Assembly (NCBI GenBank): GCA_041650515.1 | Contig: JBAZLA010000001.1 | Location: 221,866 to 285,865, forward strand | Reading direction: 5' to 3' | Length of the DNA stretch: 64,000 nt | DNA from: Patescibacteria group bacterium | Lineage (GTDB): Bacteria > Patescibacteriota > Patescibacteriia > JACRDY01 | Notes under the pieces: model-generated | What the model was told of the DNA's origin: nothing | The model's input: the letters and a program-made list of their open reading frames with translations, nothing else | Database searches by the model: none | Shown here: in pieces, positions 25,888 through 35,875 of the stretch | Numbering within the stretch: position 1 is the first letter of the stretch | Layout of the letters: each line of letters opens with the position of its first letter | Position numbers and translations under genes: made by a program

Positions 25888-27414
25888 ATGAAATTTTTTG
25901 ATCAGACTAAAAAATATTCTGTCGGCTCGCTAGAGTTGGTTGTTTTTATTTGTGGCGCCGTGGTAATGGTTTTTGAATTGGCTGGCTCGCGGGTTTTAGC
26001 GCCATATCTGGGCACTTCAATTTATATTTGGACGTCGTTGATCGGCGTGATCTTGGGTAGTCTGAGCGTTGGTTATTGGCTAGGCGGAAAATTAGCTGAT
26101 AAGAAGTCGGAGATATGGTATTTGTCCCTAATCATTCTATTGGCCGCGGCCGCCATTGGTATAACCGTCATAATCAAAGATAAAGTCTTAATTTTTTTTC
26201 CGATCTCAACAACTAACTGGCAGTGGATTTCCTCTCTTATTTCTTTAATTTTATTTGCTCCTGCTAGCATTCTACTGGGCATGGTTTCGCCTTATGCTCT
26301 TAAGTTGCAGCTAAAAGATTTGGCCGTTTCGGGTCGGACGGCCGGCAGCCTTTATGCTATTTCTACTGTTGGCAGTATCGTCGGTACTTTTTTTGCTGGT
26401 TTCTATCTAATTCCGCATTTGGGTAATACCCAGATTCTTTTTTTACTAGCGGTTATTTTAATACTTACTTCGATTTTTGTCGCTCCCAAATCTTTAATCA
26501 AGACCAAGATTGCCTTGTTATTATTTTTAGTTTTTTTTTGGTGTTTAACCGGCTTAATTAGAAATATTACTTATCAGCGGTTGGGATTTTTAGACCTCGA
26601 CACACAGTATAATCGTATTTGGATATATCAAGGAGTTGACTTGGCAACCGGTCGGCCGGTTATTAATCTAGCCACCGATAAAATGTTTGCCCAGTCGGTT
26701 CGTTTTTTGGATAGTGACGAGTTGGTCGCAGAATATGCCAAATATTATCGTTTAGCTAAGCATTTTAATCCCAAGATTGAAAAATCCCTGATGCTTGGCG
26801 GTGGCGGGTATTCATATCCTCAAGATTATTTAAAAAATTTTCCATTAGCGACTATTGATGTGGTGGAGATTGATCCTAAAGTAACTGCACTAGCCAGAAC
26901 CTATTTTGGCTTGGAAGATAATCCGAGGCTAAAAATTTATCATGAAGATGGGCGGTTATTTTTAAATCAGGCTGAGGAAAAATATGATGTTATTTTTGGC
27001 GATGTTTTTAATTCCTTTGCGGCTGTTCCCTATCAGTTGGCTACTCAAGAAGCAATCAAAAGAGAGTATGAAATTTTAAATGATGGTGGGGTGGTGATTA
27101 TTAATATTGCTTCGGCTTTGGCGGGTGATCACGGCCGATTCTTACAGGCAGAATACATAACTTACCAAAGTGTTTTTCCTCAAGTGTATCTATTACCAGT
27201 ACAAGCGCCTCAAGACAGTCAGCAGTTGCAGAATATTATTTTAGTCGCGCTCAAATCAAATGATTTGCCATCTTGGCAAAGTACTGATCCAGAGTTAAAC
27301 GGTTACTTGCAGCACTTATGGGTTGAGCCGATTGCTGACAATTTGCCGGTTCTGGTGGATAATTACGCTCCAGTAGAATATTATCAGCGAAGCTTATTTA
27401 CCAATAAAGATTAA
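25888..27414 (+). CDS. Membrane-fused spermidine/spermine synthase family protein (polyamine aminopropyltransferase-like)
   Basis: 508 aa; about 7 N-terminal TM helices then an AdoMet-dependent aminopropyltransferase fold (MLGGGGYSYPQDYL…DVVEIDPKV…IYHEDGRLFL…YDVIFGD). Confidence 0.7.
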   Translation: MKFFDQTKKYSVGSLELVVFICGAVVMVFELAGSRVLAPYLGTSIYIWTSLIGVILGSLSVGYWLGGKLADKKSEIWYLSLIILLAAAAIGITVIIKDKVLIFFPISTTNWQWISSLISLILFAPASILLGMVSPYALKLQLKDLAVSGRTAGSLYAISTVGSIVGTFFAGFYLIPHLGNTQILFLLAVILILTSIFVAPKSLIKTKIALLLFLVFFWCLTGLIRNITYQRLGFLDLDTQYNRIWIYQGVDLATGRPVINLATDKMFAQSVRFLDSDELVAEYAKYYRLAKHFNPKIEKSLMLGGGGYSYPQDYLKNFPLATIDVVEIDPKVTALARTYFGLEDNPRLKIYHEDGRLFLNQAEEKYDVIFGDVFNSFAAVPYQLATQEAIKREYEILNDGGVVIINIASALAGDHGRFLQAEYITYQSVFPQVYLLPVQAPQDSQQLQNIILVALKSNDLPSWQSTDPELNGYLQHLWVEPIADNLPVLVDNYAPVEYYQRSLFTNKD

Positions 27415-27428
27415 CTTAAACAAAAAGT

Positions 27429-28268
27429 ATGCTGACGAAAAAGAATAAGACTATAGGTATTGTTATGCTGCTGCTAGCTATTCTGGTTGGTTGTTGGTGG
27501 TTACTGAATAAATCAAGTTTTAGTTTAGATGGCGGTAGCCAACGCCTTGAGCGGCCGATCCTAGTTGCTTCTGGTCATCCAGAATGGTCGCCGATTATGT
27601 GGCAGAGGGGTGATGAAATAATTGGTGTTGGCCCAGAGTTGGTAACTAAAATTTTTGATCAACTTGGTATTGATGTCAGTTCTGAGTATGCTGGTACCTG
27701 GGACGTGGTGCAAAAAAAAGCCAAGAGCGGCGAGATTGATGTTTTAGTAGCGGCTTACAAAACTAGTGAACGAGAAACCTACATGGATTATTCTGACGCT
27801 TACACTGTTGATCCGGTAGCGCTGTTTGTTAAAAAGGGCCAGAGTTTTACTTATAATAATTGGGATGATCTAGTTGGTAGGAATGGTGTGGCCACCATTG
27901 GTGATAGCTATGGTCAGCAATTTGATGATTTTCTTAAAACTAGTCTAACAGTTGAGCGGGTGGTAACTGCTCAAGAAGCATTTGAGAAAGTACTGGCTGG
28001 CCAAGCGGATTATTTCGTTTATGCTCTCTATTCTGGACAAAAGGCGATTGCCGATAATAATTATAGTGAACAAATTGAGATATTACCAAAATATGTTGCT
28101 CAGGAAAATTTTTATATCACGATTTCTAAAAAATCACCTTATAATAAATATCTGCCGCAGGTTAATGAATTGATTAAGCAATATCAAAAAGACGGGACAA
28201 TTATAAAGTTAATTAAGAAATATCAAGATCAGATTCTTTCTGGTTCAATTGATCTTGGCAATAATTAA
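27429..28268 (+). CDS. Substrate-binding protein (SBP family 3-like; amino-acid/polar-solute binding), orphan
   Basis: 279 aa; N-terminal TM/signal then a periplasmic-binding-protein type 2 fold pattern; no permease or ATPase adjacent. Confidence 0.55.
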   Translation: MLTKKNKTIGIVMLLLAILVGCWWLLNKSSFSLDGGSQRLERPILVASGHPEWSPIMWQRGDEIIGVGPELVTKIFDQLGIDVSSEYAGTWDVVQKKAKSGEIDVLVAAYKTSERETYMDYSDAYTVDPVALFVKKGQSFTYNNWDDLVGRNGVATIGDSYGQQFDDFLKTSLTVERVVTAQEAFEKVLAGQADYFVYALYSGQKAIADNNYSEQIEILPKYVAQENFYITISKKSPYNKYLPQVNELIKQYQKDGTIIKLIKKYQDQILSGSIDLGNN

Positions 28269-28278
28269 TTATTTTTTT

Positions 28279-28758
28279 ATGACCAAACAAAAAATTGGTT
28301 TGTTATTTGTTGCCATCTTAGTTTGTTTCGTCGCCGCGGCGATCGGATCGATTTTTACCACGCCAGCGATTCCAGTCTGGTACGCCAGTTTGATCAAACC
28401 TAGTTTTAGTCCGCCTAATTGGCTATTCGGTCCAGTCTGGTCGACTCTGTATCTATTGATGGGTATTGCACTATATTTGGTTTGGCGATTGGGTTGGGAT
28501 CAGAAAAAAGTTCGTTTGGCAGTGATTGTCTTTTTAGTTCATCTGGTTATTAATGCCCTGTGGAGTGTTTTATTTTTTGGTTTACATAGCCCGCTGCTGG
28601 GCTTAATTGGGATTTCGATTTTGTGGTTAATGATTATTTGGTTGATTTGGCGGTTTTGGTCGTTGCAACGGACGGCTGCCTATCTTCTTATTCCTTATTT
28701 ATTTTGGGTCTCTTTTGCCTCGGTGCTTAATTTTAGTATTTGGTGGCTGAATTCCTAA
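28279..28758 (+). CDS. tspO: TspO/MBR (tryptophan-rich sensory protein) family
   Basis: Start moved to MTKQKIGLLF (28279). 5 TM; FGPVWSTLYLLMGIALYLVWR…LIPYLFWVSFASVLNFSIWWLN matches the TspO signature. Confidence 0.85.
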   Translation: MTKQKIGLLFVAILVCFVAAAIGSIFTTPAIPVWYASLIKPSFSPPNWLFGPVWSTLYLLMGIALYLVWRLGWDQKKVRLAVIVFLVHLVINALWSVLFFGLHSPLLGLIGISILWLMIIWLIWRFWSLQRTAAYLLIPYLFWVSFASVLNFSIWWLNS

Positions 28759-28822
28759 AATTTTAAAATAGCTCGATCTGTAGTAGAATAAGAGCAGATT
28801 TAATTAATCTCTAAAATAGTTT

Positions 28823-29140
28823 ATGAATTTGTTTTATCTCTATATTTCTTGTATCGCTGTGTTGGATTTAGGTGGAATGTTGTCGGGTAAAATGTGGAAT
28901 ATTACCCGACAGCCGGTCTATCTGGTAGTAACTTGTTTAGCTTTTACGGTGGCTGGTTTTTTCTTCGCTTTATCATTGCGCTACGAAGGTATGGCGATTA
29001 CTAACATTTTTTGGATTGCTGTCTCTACTGTTTTAACCACCATTGCTGGGTACTTTGTTTTTAAAGAGCAGATTAGTTCGGTTCAGTTTATTGGTGTTTT
29101 AATAATAATTATTGGTGTTGCTTTGATTAACTGGCGCTAA
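28823..29140 (+). CDS. SMR/DMT-superfamily small membrane transporter (EmrE/ArnE-like)
   Basis: 105 aa, 3-4 TM helices; layout typical of small multidrug-resistance-type proteins. Confidence 0.6.
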   Translation: MNLFYLYISCIAVLDLGGMLSGKMWNITRQPVYLVVTCLAFTVAGFFFALSLRYEGMAITNIFWIAVSTVLTTIAGYFVFKEQISSVQFIGVLIIIIGVALINWR

Positions 29141-29145
29141 TAATT

Positions 29146-29472
29146 ATGAAAGATTTGTCTATCCAGCAGCTGACTAATCTAATAATGGCTCAGGCTAAGG
29201 TCAAGGGTTTTGGTACTAAGCCAATAGAGGTTGATGTGGCTGAGAAGATCGTTTTAGTCCATTCCGAAATAAGCGAGGCCTTCGAGGCTTATCGGCATAA
29301 GAAAATCAGAGGAGTTGATGCTTTTGAAGGTGAATTGTGCTCGGCTATTTTGCGGTTGTTGCATCTCTGTGGTGTTTTTGACATTAATGTTGAGCAGATG
29401 ATTCTAAAAAAAGTTAAGAGAAACAAAAGCCGTCAATGGCGCTGGCGGCAGATGAACGAGAAACATTCATAG
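29146..29472 (+). CDS. MazG-like nucleotide pyrophosphohydrolase domain protein
   Basis: 108 aa; LVHSEISEAFEAYRHK carries the MazG EExxE-type metal-binding motif. Confidence 0.6.
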   Translation: MKDLSIQQLTNLIMAQAKVKGFGTKPIEVDVAEKIVLVHSEISEAFEAYRHKKIRGVDAFEGELCSAILRLLHLCGVFDINVEQMILKKVKRNKSRQWRWRQMNEKHS

Positions 29473-29585
29473 CTGGTATTAAGCCGCTCATTGGGCGGTT
29501 TTATTGATCCATTGATTTAAGTCTAAATTTAGTGTAAAATAGCACTAATTAGTTAACTCAAACAAATATTAATAAATTTTATTCT

Positions 29586-31124
29586 ATGACTAATAAATTT
29601 ACCTCGACCGTTAGTACTACTTTTGCTGAATATCTGCTTTTGCCGCGGTTAACTACCAAACAGCATTCACCCGATAAAATCTCCTTGGCTACGCCGCTAG
29701 CTAGATACCGGCTAAAAGAAAAATCAAAGTTGTTTTTAAACGTTCCTTTTACCTCAGCGGTGATGCAAGCGGTTTCGGGACCAGATTTAGCGATTGCGTT
29801 AGCCCGCGAAGGCGGTTTGAGTTTTATTTATTGTTCACAGCCGATCGCCGAAGAGACTGCTATGGTTCTGCGAGTTAAGGATTATAAGGCGGGCTTTGTT
29901 ACCTCAAAGGCCAATCTTAAGCCGAGTAATACTTTAGCCGATGCGCTTAGGTTAACTGAAGAAACTGGCTATTCGACCATCGCGATTACCAAAAATGGCC
30001 AGCCTGATTCCGAGTTGTTGGGTATTTTGACGGATCAAGATTATTGGCTAGACTATGATTCACTTAATATTCCCTTGAGCAAATTAATGACGCCTTTTAC
30101 TAAATTGACTTATGGTTTGGCCGGCATTGCCTTGGATCAGGCCAATAAGATTCTGCGTGATTCTAAAAAATCTTGTATTCCGATTATTAATAACAAAAAA
30201 GAGCGCAAGTTAAAATTCTTAGTTTTTAAAAAAGATCGTGAGCAGCATTTGGAGCACTCTTTAGAGCTAATTGATGATCAAAAACGCTTATTAGTTGGGG
30301 CTGGTATTAATACCCGCGATTATTCTGAACGGGTACCCGAGTTAGTTAGGTCGGGTGCTGATGTTTTGGTAATTGATACTTCTGATGGCTATAATGAGTA
30401 TGTTAAAGATACAGTTACTTGGGTTAAAAAACACTACCCACAGATTCCGATTGGCGCCGGCAACGTGGTTGATGGGGCTGGTTTTAAATATTTGGCTAAT
30501 GCTGGTGCAGATTTTGTCAAAGTTGGTATCGGCGGCGGCTCAATCTGCATCACCCAAGAGGTTAAGGGTATCGGCCGCGGTCAGGTAACTGCTCTTTACG
30601 AGGTAGCCCAGGCCCGGGCTGAGTATTTGAAAAATAAAAAAGTCTATATCCCAATTTGTTCTGATGGCGGTTTGGTCCAAGACTCACACATCTTAATCGC
30701 TCTATCCCTGGGCGCTGATTTTGTAATGATGGGTCGTTATTTTGCCCGCTGTGCTGAGAGCCCGACCGAAGAGAAAATTTTGGGTGGTATGGGTCTGGTT
30801 AAGCCTTATTGGGGTGAGGGGTCAGACCGGGCGCGTAATTGGCAACGCTATCACAATAGTGAAGAAAACAATAATTTACCTTTTGAAGAAGGCGTCGATG
30901 GCTGGGTGCCCTTTGCGGGCAATCTATCAGATATAGTTCAAAAATCGGTTAAGATTACTAAATCGACTATGAGTAATTTAGGTTGTTTAAATATTGGTGA
31001 ATTGCATGAGAAGGTAATTCTAGAACGTCGTTCCTCCGCTTCCATCCATGAAGGCAAACCCCATGATGTCCAACTCCATGCCGATAATCTGGGTAGCTAC
31101 AAAAAACTTTATTGGGGTAAATAA
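29586..31124 (+). CDS. IMP dehydrogenase/GMP reductase family protein
   Basis: 512 aa; TIM-barrel catalytic loop [27 protein letters not shown] with catalytic Cys; phosphate-binding CSDGG…MMG; inserted subdomain between. Confidence 0.7.
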   Translation: MTNKFTSTVSTTFAEYLLLPRLTTKQHSPDKISLATPLARYRLKEKSKLFLNVPFTSAVMQAVSGPDLAIALAREGGLSFIYCSQPIAEETAMVLRVKDYKAGFVTSKANLKPSNTLADALRLTEETGYSTIAITKNGQPDSELLGILTDQDYWLDYDSLNIPLSKLMTPFTKLTYGLAGIALDQANKILRDSKKSCIPIINNKKERKLKFLVFKKDREQHLEHSLELIDDQKRLLVGAGINTRDYSERVPELVRSGADVLVIDTSDGYNEYVKDTVTWVKKHYPQIPIGAGNVVDGAGFKYLANAGADFVKVGIGGGSICITQEVKGIGRGQVTALYEVAQARAEYLKNKKVYIPICSDGGLVQDSHILIALSLGADFVMMGRYFARCAESPTEEKILGGMGLVKPYWGEGSDRARNWQRYHNSEENNNLPFEEGVDGWVPFAGNLSDIVQKSVKITKSTMSNLGCLNIGELHEKVILERRSSASIHEGKPHDVQLHADNLGSYKKLYWGK

Positions 31125-31130
31125 TTTTTT

Positions 31131-31739
31131 ATGTCTAGTAATCACCAACCCGGTTGCGGCCATTGCCCAGGCGGATTTGGTTTAGCCAGTCCTTTAGTTG
31201 AAGAGGAAAGGTTTTGGGTTGTTTGTGATCGTAATCCGCTTACCGAAGGACATATTCTAGTAATTCCACGTGAGCATATTTCTTGTGTTGGCAATTTAGT
31301 TGATGATGATTTTTTGCAACTTAAAAATTGGTATCAAAAAATTAGTCAGTTTATTTCAAATAATTATGGTCCGGTGGCGGTGTTTGAGCATGGCATCGCT
31401 GGTCAGACTGTGCCACATTGTCATGTCCATTTTTTGCCATTTAACGGCAATGTTGCTGATATTATTAGCCAAGCTGATAAATTAAAAGAAGTTAGTTCGC
31501 TAGACGAGTTACGTCGGGAGTTTGTAAACAAAGGTGAATATCTTTTTTTGGAAGTTGGCGGTAAACAGTATTTGGTTGATACCATTATTGGTTACCCACG
31601 ATTTTTTCGGGAATTATTCGCGGCCGCTTTAGGCGCACCAGAACGGGCTAATTGGCGAGTGGCGCGTCAAGATCCTGATATAAACAGTAAGATGGATAAC
31701 GAGATTAAGACTTTAGAAAATAAATGGAATGAAATTTAA
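31131..31739 (+). CDS. HIT (histidine triad) family hydrolase
   Basis: 202 aa; HILVIPREHIS and the triad HCHVHFLPF. Confidence 0.75.
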   Translation: MSSNHQPGCGHCPGGFGLASPLVEEERFWVVCDRNPLTEGHILVIPREHISCVGNLVDDDFLQLKNWYQKISQFISNNYGPVAVFEHGIAGQTVPHCHVHFLPFNGNVADIISQADKLKEVSSLDELRREFVNKGEYLFLEVGGKQYLVDTIIGYPRFFRELFAAALGAPERANWRVARQDPDINSKMDNEIKTLENKWNEI

Positions 31740-32058
31740 TCCACCCAAAAATTCTGATCGTTTTGTCTGGACTGCTCACGCCAAAGATAAGATGCGCTAT
31801 TACCAGTTGTCGGTTAGCCGCGTTTTACGCGTTTTTAATTATCCTAAACGGATTGAGGAAGGAATCGCTCCAAAGACGACGGCGGTGATGCAGCCAGCTA
31901 CTTATAAGCATACTTCGGAGATTTGGTTGATGTACCAGCTGGATGATAAAAAAAGAGTTAAAATAATCACGGCTTGGCGGTATCCAGCCAAAAGTCCGGT
32001 TGGTAAACAGATCCCGATTCCGGAGGAAATCAAAAAAGAATTAAAAATCTTAAATTGA
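31729..32058 (+). CDS. Hypothetical small protein (possibly DUF4258-like)
   Basis: 109 aa; WTAHAKDKMRYYQLSVSRVL resembles the HAxxRMxxRxI motif of DUF4258; weak. Confidence 0.4.
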   Translation: MKFNPPKNSDRFVWTAHAKDKMRYYQLSVSRVLRVFNYPKRIEEGIAPKTTAVMQPATYKHTSEIWLMYQLDDKKRVKIITAWRYPAKSPVGKQIPIPEEIKKELKILN

Positions 32059-32642
32059 TAATCAATTTTATGTTGGCAATCATCGCAACTAATATTTACC
32101 TGTTTATTCTGGCCGTGGTTTTAGCGATTTTAGAGATTCAGATTGAAGGTTCACATGGTTGGGCTAAAAATTTACCTACTTGGCGACCATCATCAGCAAA
32201 ATGGTATGTCCGGTGGTATCAAAAAATAATGGGCGGTAAAGAATGTACTGGCTATCATTTGGCTCTTTTTGGTTTTATATTTTTATTCTTTCACTCGCCC
32301 TATTTTTTTGGCGCACCGTTAACTTTAGAAAGTTGGCTGGAAACCTTGTCGCTTTATTTTATGTTTATGGTGGTTTGGGATTTTTTGTGGTTTGTCTTCA
32401 ACCCCGACTATCCAATCAAAAAATTTAAAAAAGAACATATCTGGTGGCACCGAAGATGGTGGTGGCTAGCGCCGGTGGAGTATTATTTTGGTTTTCTTAT
32501 TTCTTTTCTGGTCTTACTGCCGATCGTCAATTTAGATTTATTCTATTGGTGGTTGACTAATTTTGGTTTATTTTTTGTTGAGTCTTTAGTAGTGATTATC
32601 TTTACCCTGTTTATCATTAAAATTGATGACTGGCGTAAATAA
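32055..32642 (+). CDS. Hypothetical multi-TM membrane protein (Trp-rich)
   Basis: 195 aa; 4-5 TM; overlaps the upstream stop by 4 nt. Confidence 0.5.
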   Translation: MIINFMLAIIATNIYLFILAVVLAILEIQIEGSHGWAKNLPTWRPSSAKWYVRWYQKIMGGKECTGYHLALFGFIFLFFHSPYFFGAPLTLESWLETLSLYFMFMVVWDFLWFVFNPDYPIKKFKKEHIWWHRRWWWLAPVEYYFGFLISFLVLLPIVNLDLFYWWLTNFGLFFVESLVVIIFTLFIIKIDDWRK

Positions 32643-32644
32643 AT

Positions 32645-33439
32645 ATGGATAGCCTTTTCATTTGGAAATTGATTTTGGCTTTTTTAGTTGGTGGCGCCGG
32701 CATCGCTCTGACGACCGTTGCCGCTGAGCGATTTGGCAGTAAAGTGGGTGGTTTTATTGGGGGGTTGCCATCAACCTCTTTTCTCTCATTTTTGTTTATC
32801 GGTTTAGCCCAAGGGCCGTTAGCGGCCGCCGAAGCAACGACGGTTTTTCCTCTAATTCAAGCCATTGATGTCTTTTTTTTAGTGATCTTAGGCTGGTTGC
32901 TAAATAAAGGTCTAAAAACCGCCCTGGCCAGCTCATTTTTTGTTTGGTTAGTTTTTGCCATCTTGACTGTGCTCATGCAGCCGCATAATTTTTTCTTGCT
33001 TATTTTTTTGGGTCTAGCGATTTTTGTTGTTGCCATTTTTATTTTTAATAAAAAATTTGGTTATTTGACAGTCGGTGGCGAAAAAATTATCTATTCACCA
33101 CAACAAATCTTGGGCCGAGCGGTTTTTGGCGGTACGATTATTTTTATGGCGGTGCTTTTAAGTAAAATTGGCGGGCCGGTTTTTGGTGGTATCTTCTCCG
33201 CTTTTCCAGCGATGTTTACTTCGACTATGATCATTAGTTACCGCGCCAAAGGAATAAACTTTGCTCGGGCTTTAGTAAAGCCCTTAACCACCACGGCTAC
33301 GGTTACTTGTATTATCTATGGTATGGGTGTGCGTTATTTTTATCCCTCGCTGGGTTTAGCCCTGGGAACGATAGCTGCTTATTCTATCGCCGCCGCTAGC
33401 GCTTGGTTAACTTATAAATTTTTGTTAAACAAAATTTAG
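32645..33439 (+). CDS. Hypothetical multi-TM membrane protein
   Basis: 264 aa; about 8 TM helices. Confidence 0.5.
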   Translation: MDSLFIWKLILAFLVGGAGIALTTVAAERFGSKVGGFIGGLPSTSFLSFLFIGLAQGPLAAAEATTVFPLIQAIDVFFLVILGWLLNKGLKTALASSFFVWLVFAILTVLMQPHNFFLLIFLGLAIFVVAIFIFNKKFGYLTVGGEKIIYSPQQILGRAVFGGTIIFMAVLLSKIGGPVFGGIFSAFPAMFTSTMIISYRAKGINFARALVKPLTTTATVTCIIYGMGVRYFYPSLGLALGTIAAYSIAAASAWLTYKFLLNKI

Positions 33440-33440
33440 T

Positions 33441-34202
33441 ATGAATACCAATAAAATAATTAAAGAGTGGCAGACTGAGTTTAAAAGAATGGGTGATCCG
33501 GCGCGCGCGGTTAAGGAAAAAAGTTATGTTCGCAGTCCGTTTAAATTTTATGGCGTGGGCATGGCTGGTCGGGAGAAGATGGCTAAAAAGTTTTTTACAG
33601 ACCACCGAGATTGGAGTATTAAAGATTTATGGCAACTAGTTTGGCCGCTCTGGAATTCCGGCTGGCATGAGTTGCGCGGTTTAGCTTTGGATTTATTGGC
33701 TTTATATAATAAGAAGTTAGCTTACGCGGATTTGCCCTACTTGGAAAAGTTGCTGCGGACGTCAGTTAATTGGGACCAGGTGGATGAAATCTCGGCGCAT
33801 CTGGTGGGATCGGTTTTAGCTCGCGATGAAAGAGTTTATGCTGATCTTAAACGTTGGAGCACGGACAGAAATTTTTGGCTGCGTCGGGCCGCGATGCTTA
33901 GTCAGTTAATTTTATTTCGTCAAAATCTTGGCGATCGTCAATTATTTTATGGTTTTGCCACCAAGATGATGGATGAGTCTTGGCAAAATTTTGATTCCTG
34001 GGCTAAAAATCACCCGGAGAAAATGGGCCGTTGGTTTATCCGCAAGGCGATTGGCTGGGTGCTGCGAGAAATGTCCAAAAAATGGCCGGGGGAAGTTTTC
34101 CAATTTTTACGGAAAAATAAGACTAAACTATCACCGCTGAGTTTCAAAGAGGGCAGCCGTAAGTTGCCGGTTGAGTACAAGGAGAAGCTGGAGATTAGTT
34201 AG
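33441..34202 (+). CDS. DNA alkylation repair enzyme (AlkD-like HEAT-repeat glycosylase family)
   Basis: 253 aa; MNTNKIIKEWQTEFKRMGDPARAVKEKSYVRSPFKFYGVGMAGREKMAKKFF is characteristic of this family. Confidence 0.75.
   Translation: MNTNKIIKEWQTEFKRMGDPARAVKEKSYVRSPFKFYGVGMAGREKMAKKFFTDHRDWSIKDLWQLVWPLWNSGWHELRGLALDLLALYNKKLAYADLPYLEKLLRTSVNWDQVDEISAHLVGSVLARDERVYADLKRWSTDRNFWLRRAAMLSQLILFRQNLGDRQLFYGFATKMMDESWQNFDSWAKNHPEKMGRWFIRKAIGWVLREMSKKWPGEVFQFLRKNKTKLSPLSFKEGSRKLPVEYKEKLEIS
34146..34169. repeat. 24-bp direct repeat AAAGAGGGCAGCCGTAAGTTGCCG, copy 1, inside the 3' end of the AlkD-like gene
   Basis: Identical 24-mer recurs at 35720-35743 on the far side of the beta-helix gene. Confidence 0.85.
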
Positions 34203-35592
34203 TTTTATTTATTCTTACTTTATCGCAAAACTTCTTTTTTTCTGCAACATTAAGACAACTTCCATCGCAGTTTTTTTGGCAAGTATTTGAAGTATTATAA
34301 CAAGACGGTTCGATCTGATCTCTGTTCCTCAGACATCGATAGCCAGCGCACTTGTCGTTGCTAATTGAATAATCATTTTTTTGACTTATAAAACCGTCGT
34401 TATTGTGCCAAGTGAAATAATATTTTAACAAGCAGGAAAAATTATCGCACGATGATAGTTCGATCCCGCAATCACTAGTTTCCGCGATGTTATCTTTCTG
34501 CTCGGAAAAAATTGACCCGTTGTTTATACCGCAATAAATATCGTACAAACCATGATAAGGGGAACAAAAATCTTTTTGATGAGATGTGCAGGCGGTATTG
34601 TTAACTAAAGTGATATCCTTTACTCCATTAAGTACAATATTATTTGAATGATCGGTCTGCCCAAACTCATTAATGTATCCTCTTGAATCAATAATGTTAT
34701 TTTTTATAACAGCGTTAGATACTAATTCTGTTGGACGTGACCAATCTCCAACGGTAATGCCATAATTACTTTTGGCGATTTCGTTATTTATAATGTCAAC
34801 GTTTTTTGAATTATAGATACTTATTCCTTGATAAAAATTTGATATTCTGCAGTTTCTAACAACTACATTTTCTCTAGCAGGATGCCCAACATAATTGCCA
34901 ATATAGAAACCTAAACCGTTGTAGCTTGGTTTTATTTCCACCATTTTATGGCCCTGGCAATCAACAATCACATTGTTTTGACGGATGCCAATACCCTCGC
35001 CAGAAATACTTAAATCTTCAGTGAGTAGATATGTTCCCGGCTCTTTGATATCTAGGGATTCGTTTCGCGAAGATATTTCAAAAAACGGTGTACTGCACTT
35101 TTTTTGGCTGTCTACGCAGGAACCGCTGCCGGTTGTGCACCAGTAACAGCCAGATCTCCCGCACGCATTAATGTTTGATTTTTTTTCGCAAGAGGTTGGT
35201 ACTAGTTGATTAATCATAACATAGCTAAGTTGACCCTGGCTTTCGAGTTTTTTAAATGTACTTTCATAATCTAACGAGCCAGATGATGTCTTTTCCTTAT
35301 TAGGAAGAGCTGCCTTGGCTATGCCAATGTTGCTACTTTTGCCCGCTTCAAGAACTGGCTGGTTGTCGGCATTAGGAAGAGCTGCCTTGGCTATGCCAAT
35401 GTTGCTATCCCCATCCACTTCAGAGATTGGTTGACTATTTTTTATTTTATCGTTTTTATAGATAATAATTCCCAAGATCGTCGTTGCAATTACTATTGTT
35501 AAGACAATCAACCCAGTGATGGCTTTTATTTTATTGGACTTCGGGACTCGCAATATTGGTGTTTGGTTTAGTGGCATCATTGATTCATCCAT
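34195..35592 (-). CDS. Membrane-anchored right-handed parallel beta-helix repeat protein (pectate-lyase/NosD-like fold)
   Basis: 465 aa; N-terminal TM; repeated beta-helix rungs (VVVRNCRISNFYQGISIYNSKNVDIINNEIAKSNYGITVG…NNIIDSRGY); internal 37-bp DNA duplication (35299-35335 and 35371-35407) encodes NIGIAKAALPN twice. Confidence 0.65.
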   Translation of the reverse strand: MDESMMPLNQTPILRVPKSNKIKAITGLIVLTIVIATTILGIIIYKNDKIKNSQPISEVDGDSNIGIAKAALPNADNQPVLEAGKSSNIGIAKAALPNKEKTSSGSLDYESTFKKLESQGQLSYVMINQLVPTSCEKKSNINACGRSGCYWCTTGSGSCVDSQKKCSTPFFEISSRNESLDIKEPGTYLLTEDLSISGEGIGIRQNNVIVDCQGHKMVEIKPSYNGLGFYIGNYVGHPARENVVVRNCRISNFYQGISIYNSKNVDIINNEIAKSNYGITVGDWSRPTELVSNAVIKNNIIDSRGYINEFGQTDHSNNIVLNGVKDITLVNNTACTSHQKDFCSPYHGLYDIYCGINNGSIFSEQKDNIAETSDCGIELSSCDNFSCLLKYYFTWHNNDGFISQKNDYSISNDKCAGYRCLRNRDQIEPSCYNTSNTCQKNCDGSCLNVAEKKKFCDKVRINKTN

Positions 35593-35719
35593 ACTTTTTA
35601 AGTTAATCGTTAAATACCTAAATTAAACCCTTATTAAGTAGCTTTCCCTTTAATAGTATCAGACCCGGCCCTAAAAAGAAAAGAATAGGGTTGATTATAT
35701 CATCAGCGGTTTAAACTCT

Positions 35720-35743
35720 AAAGAGGGCAGCCGTAAGTTGCCG
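35720..35743. repeat. 24-bp direct repeat AAAGAGGGCAGCCGTAAGTTGCCG, copy 2, intergenic
   Basis: Exact copy of 34146-34169. Confidence 0.85.
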
Positions 35744-35875
35744 CTTAGCTATCAACGGCGATTGGGGATTAAGTAGTTAAATTTTGGCTTATTTAAGCTA
35801 AAAAAGAGTTACATAAATAAACTGTTGATGATTATTCATTTTTTTAATCTTTTCTGTTATAATAAAAGCAAGTCT

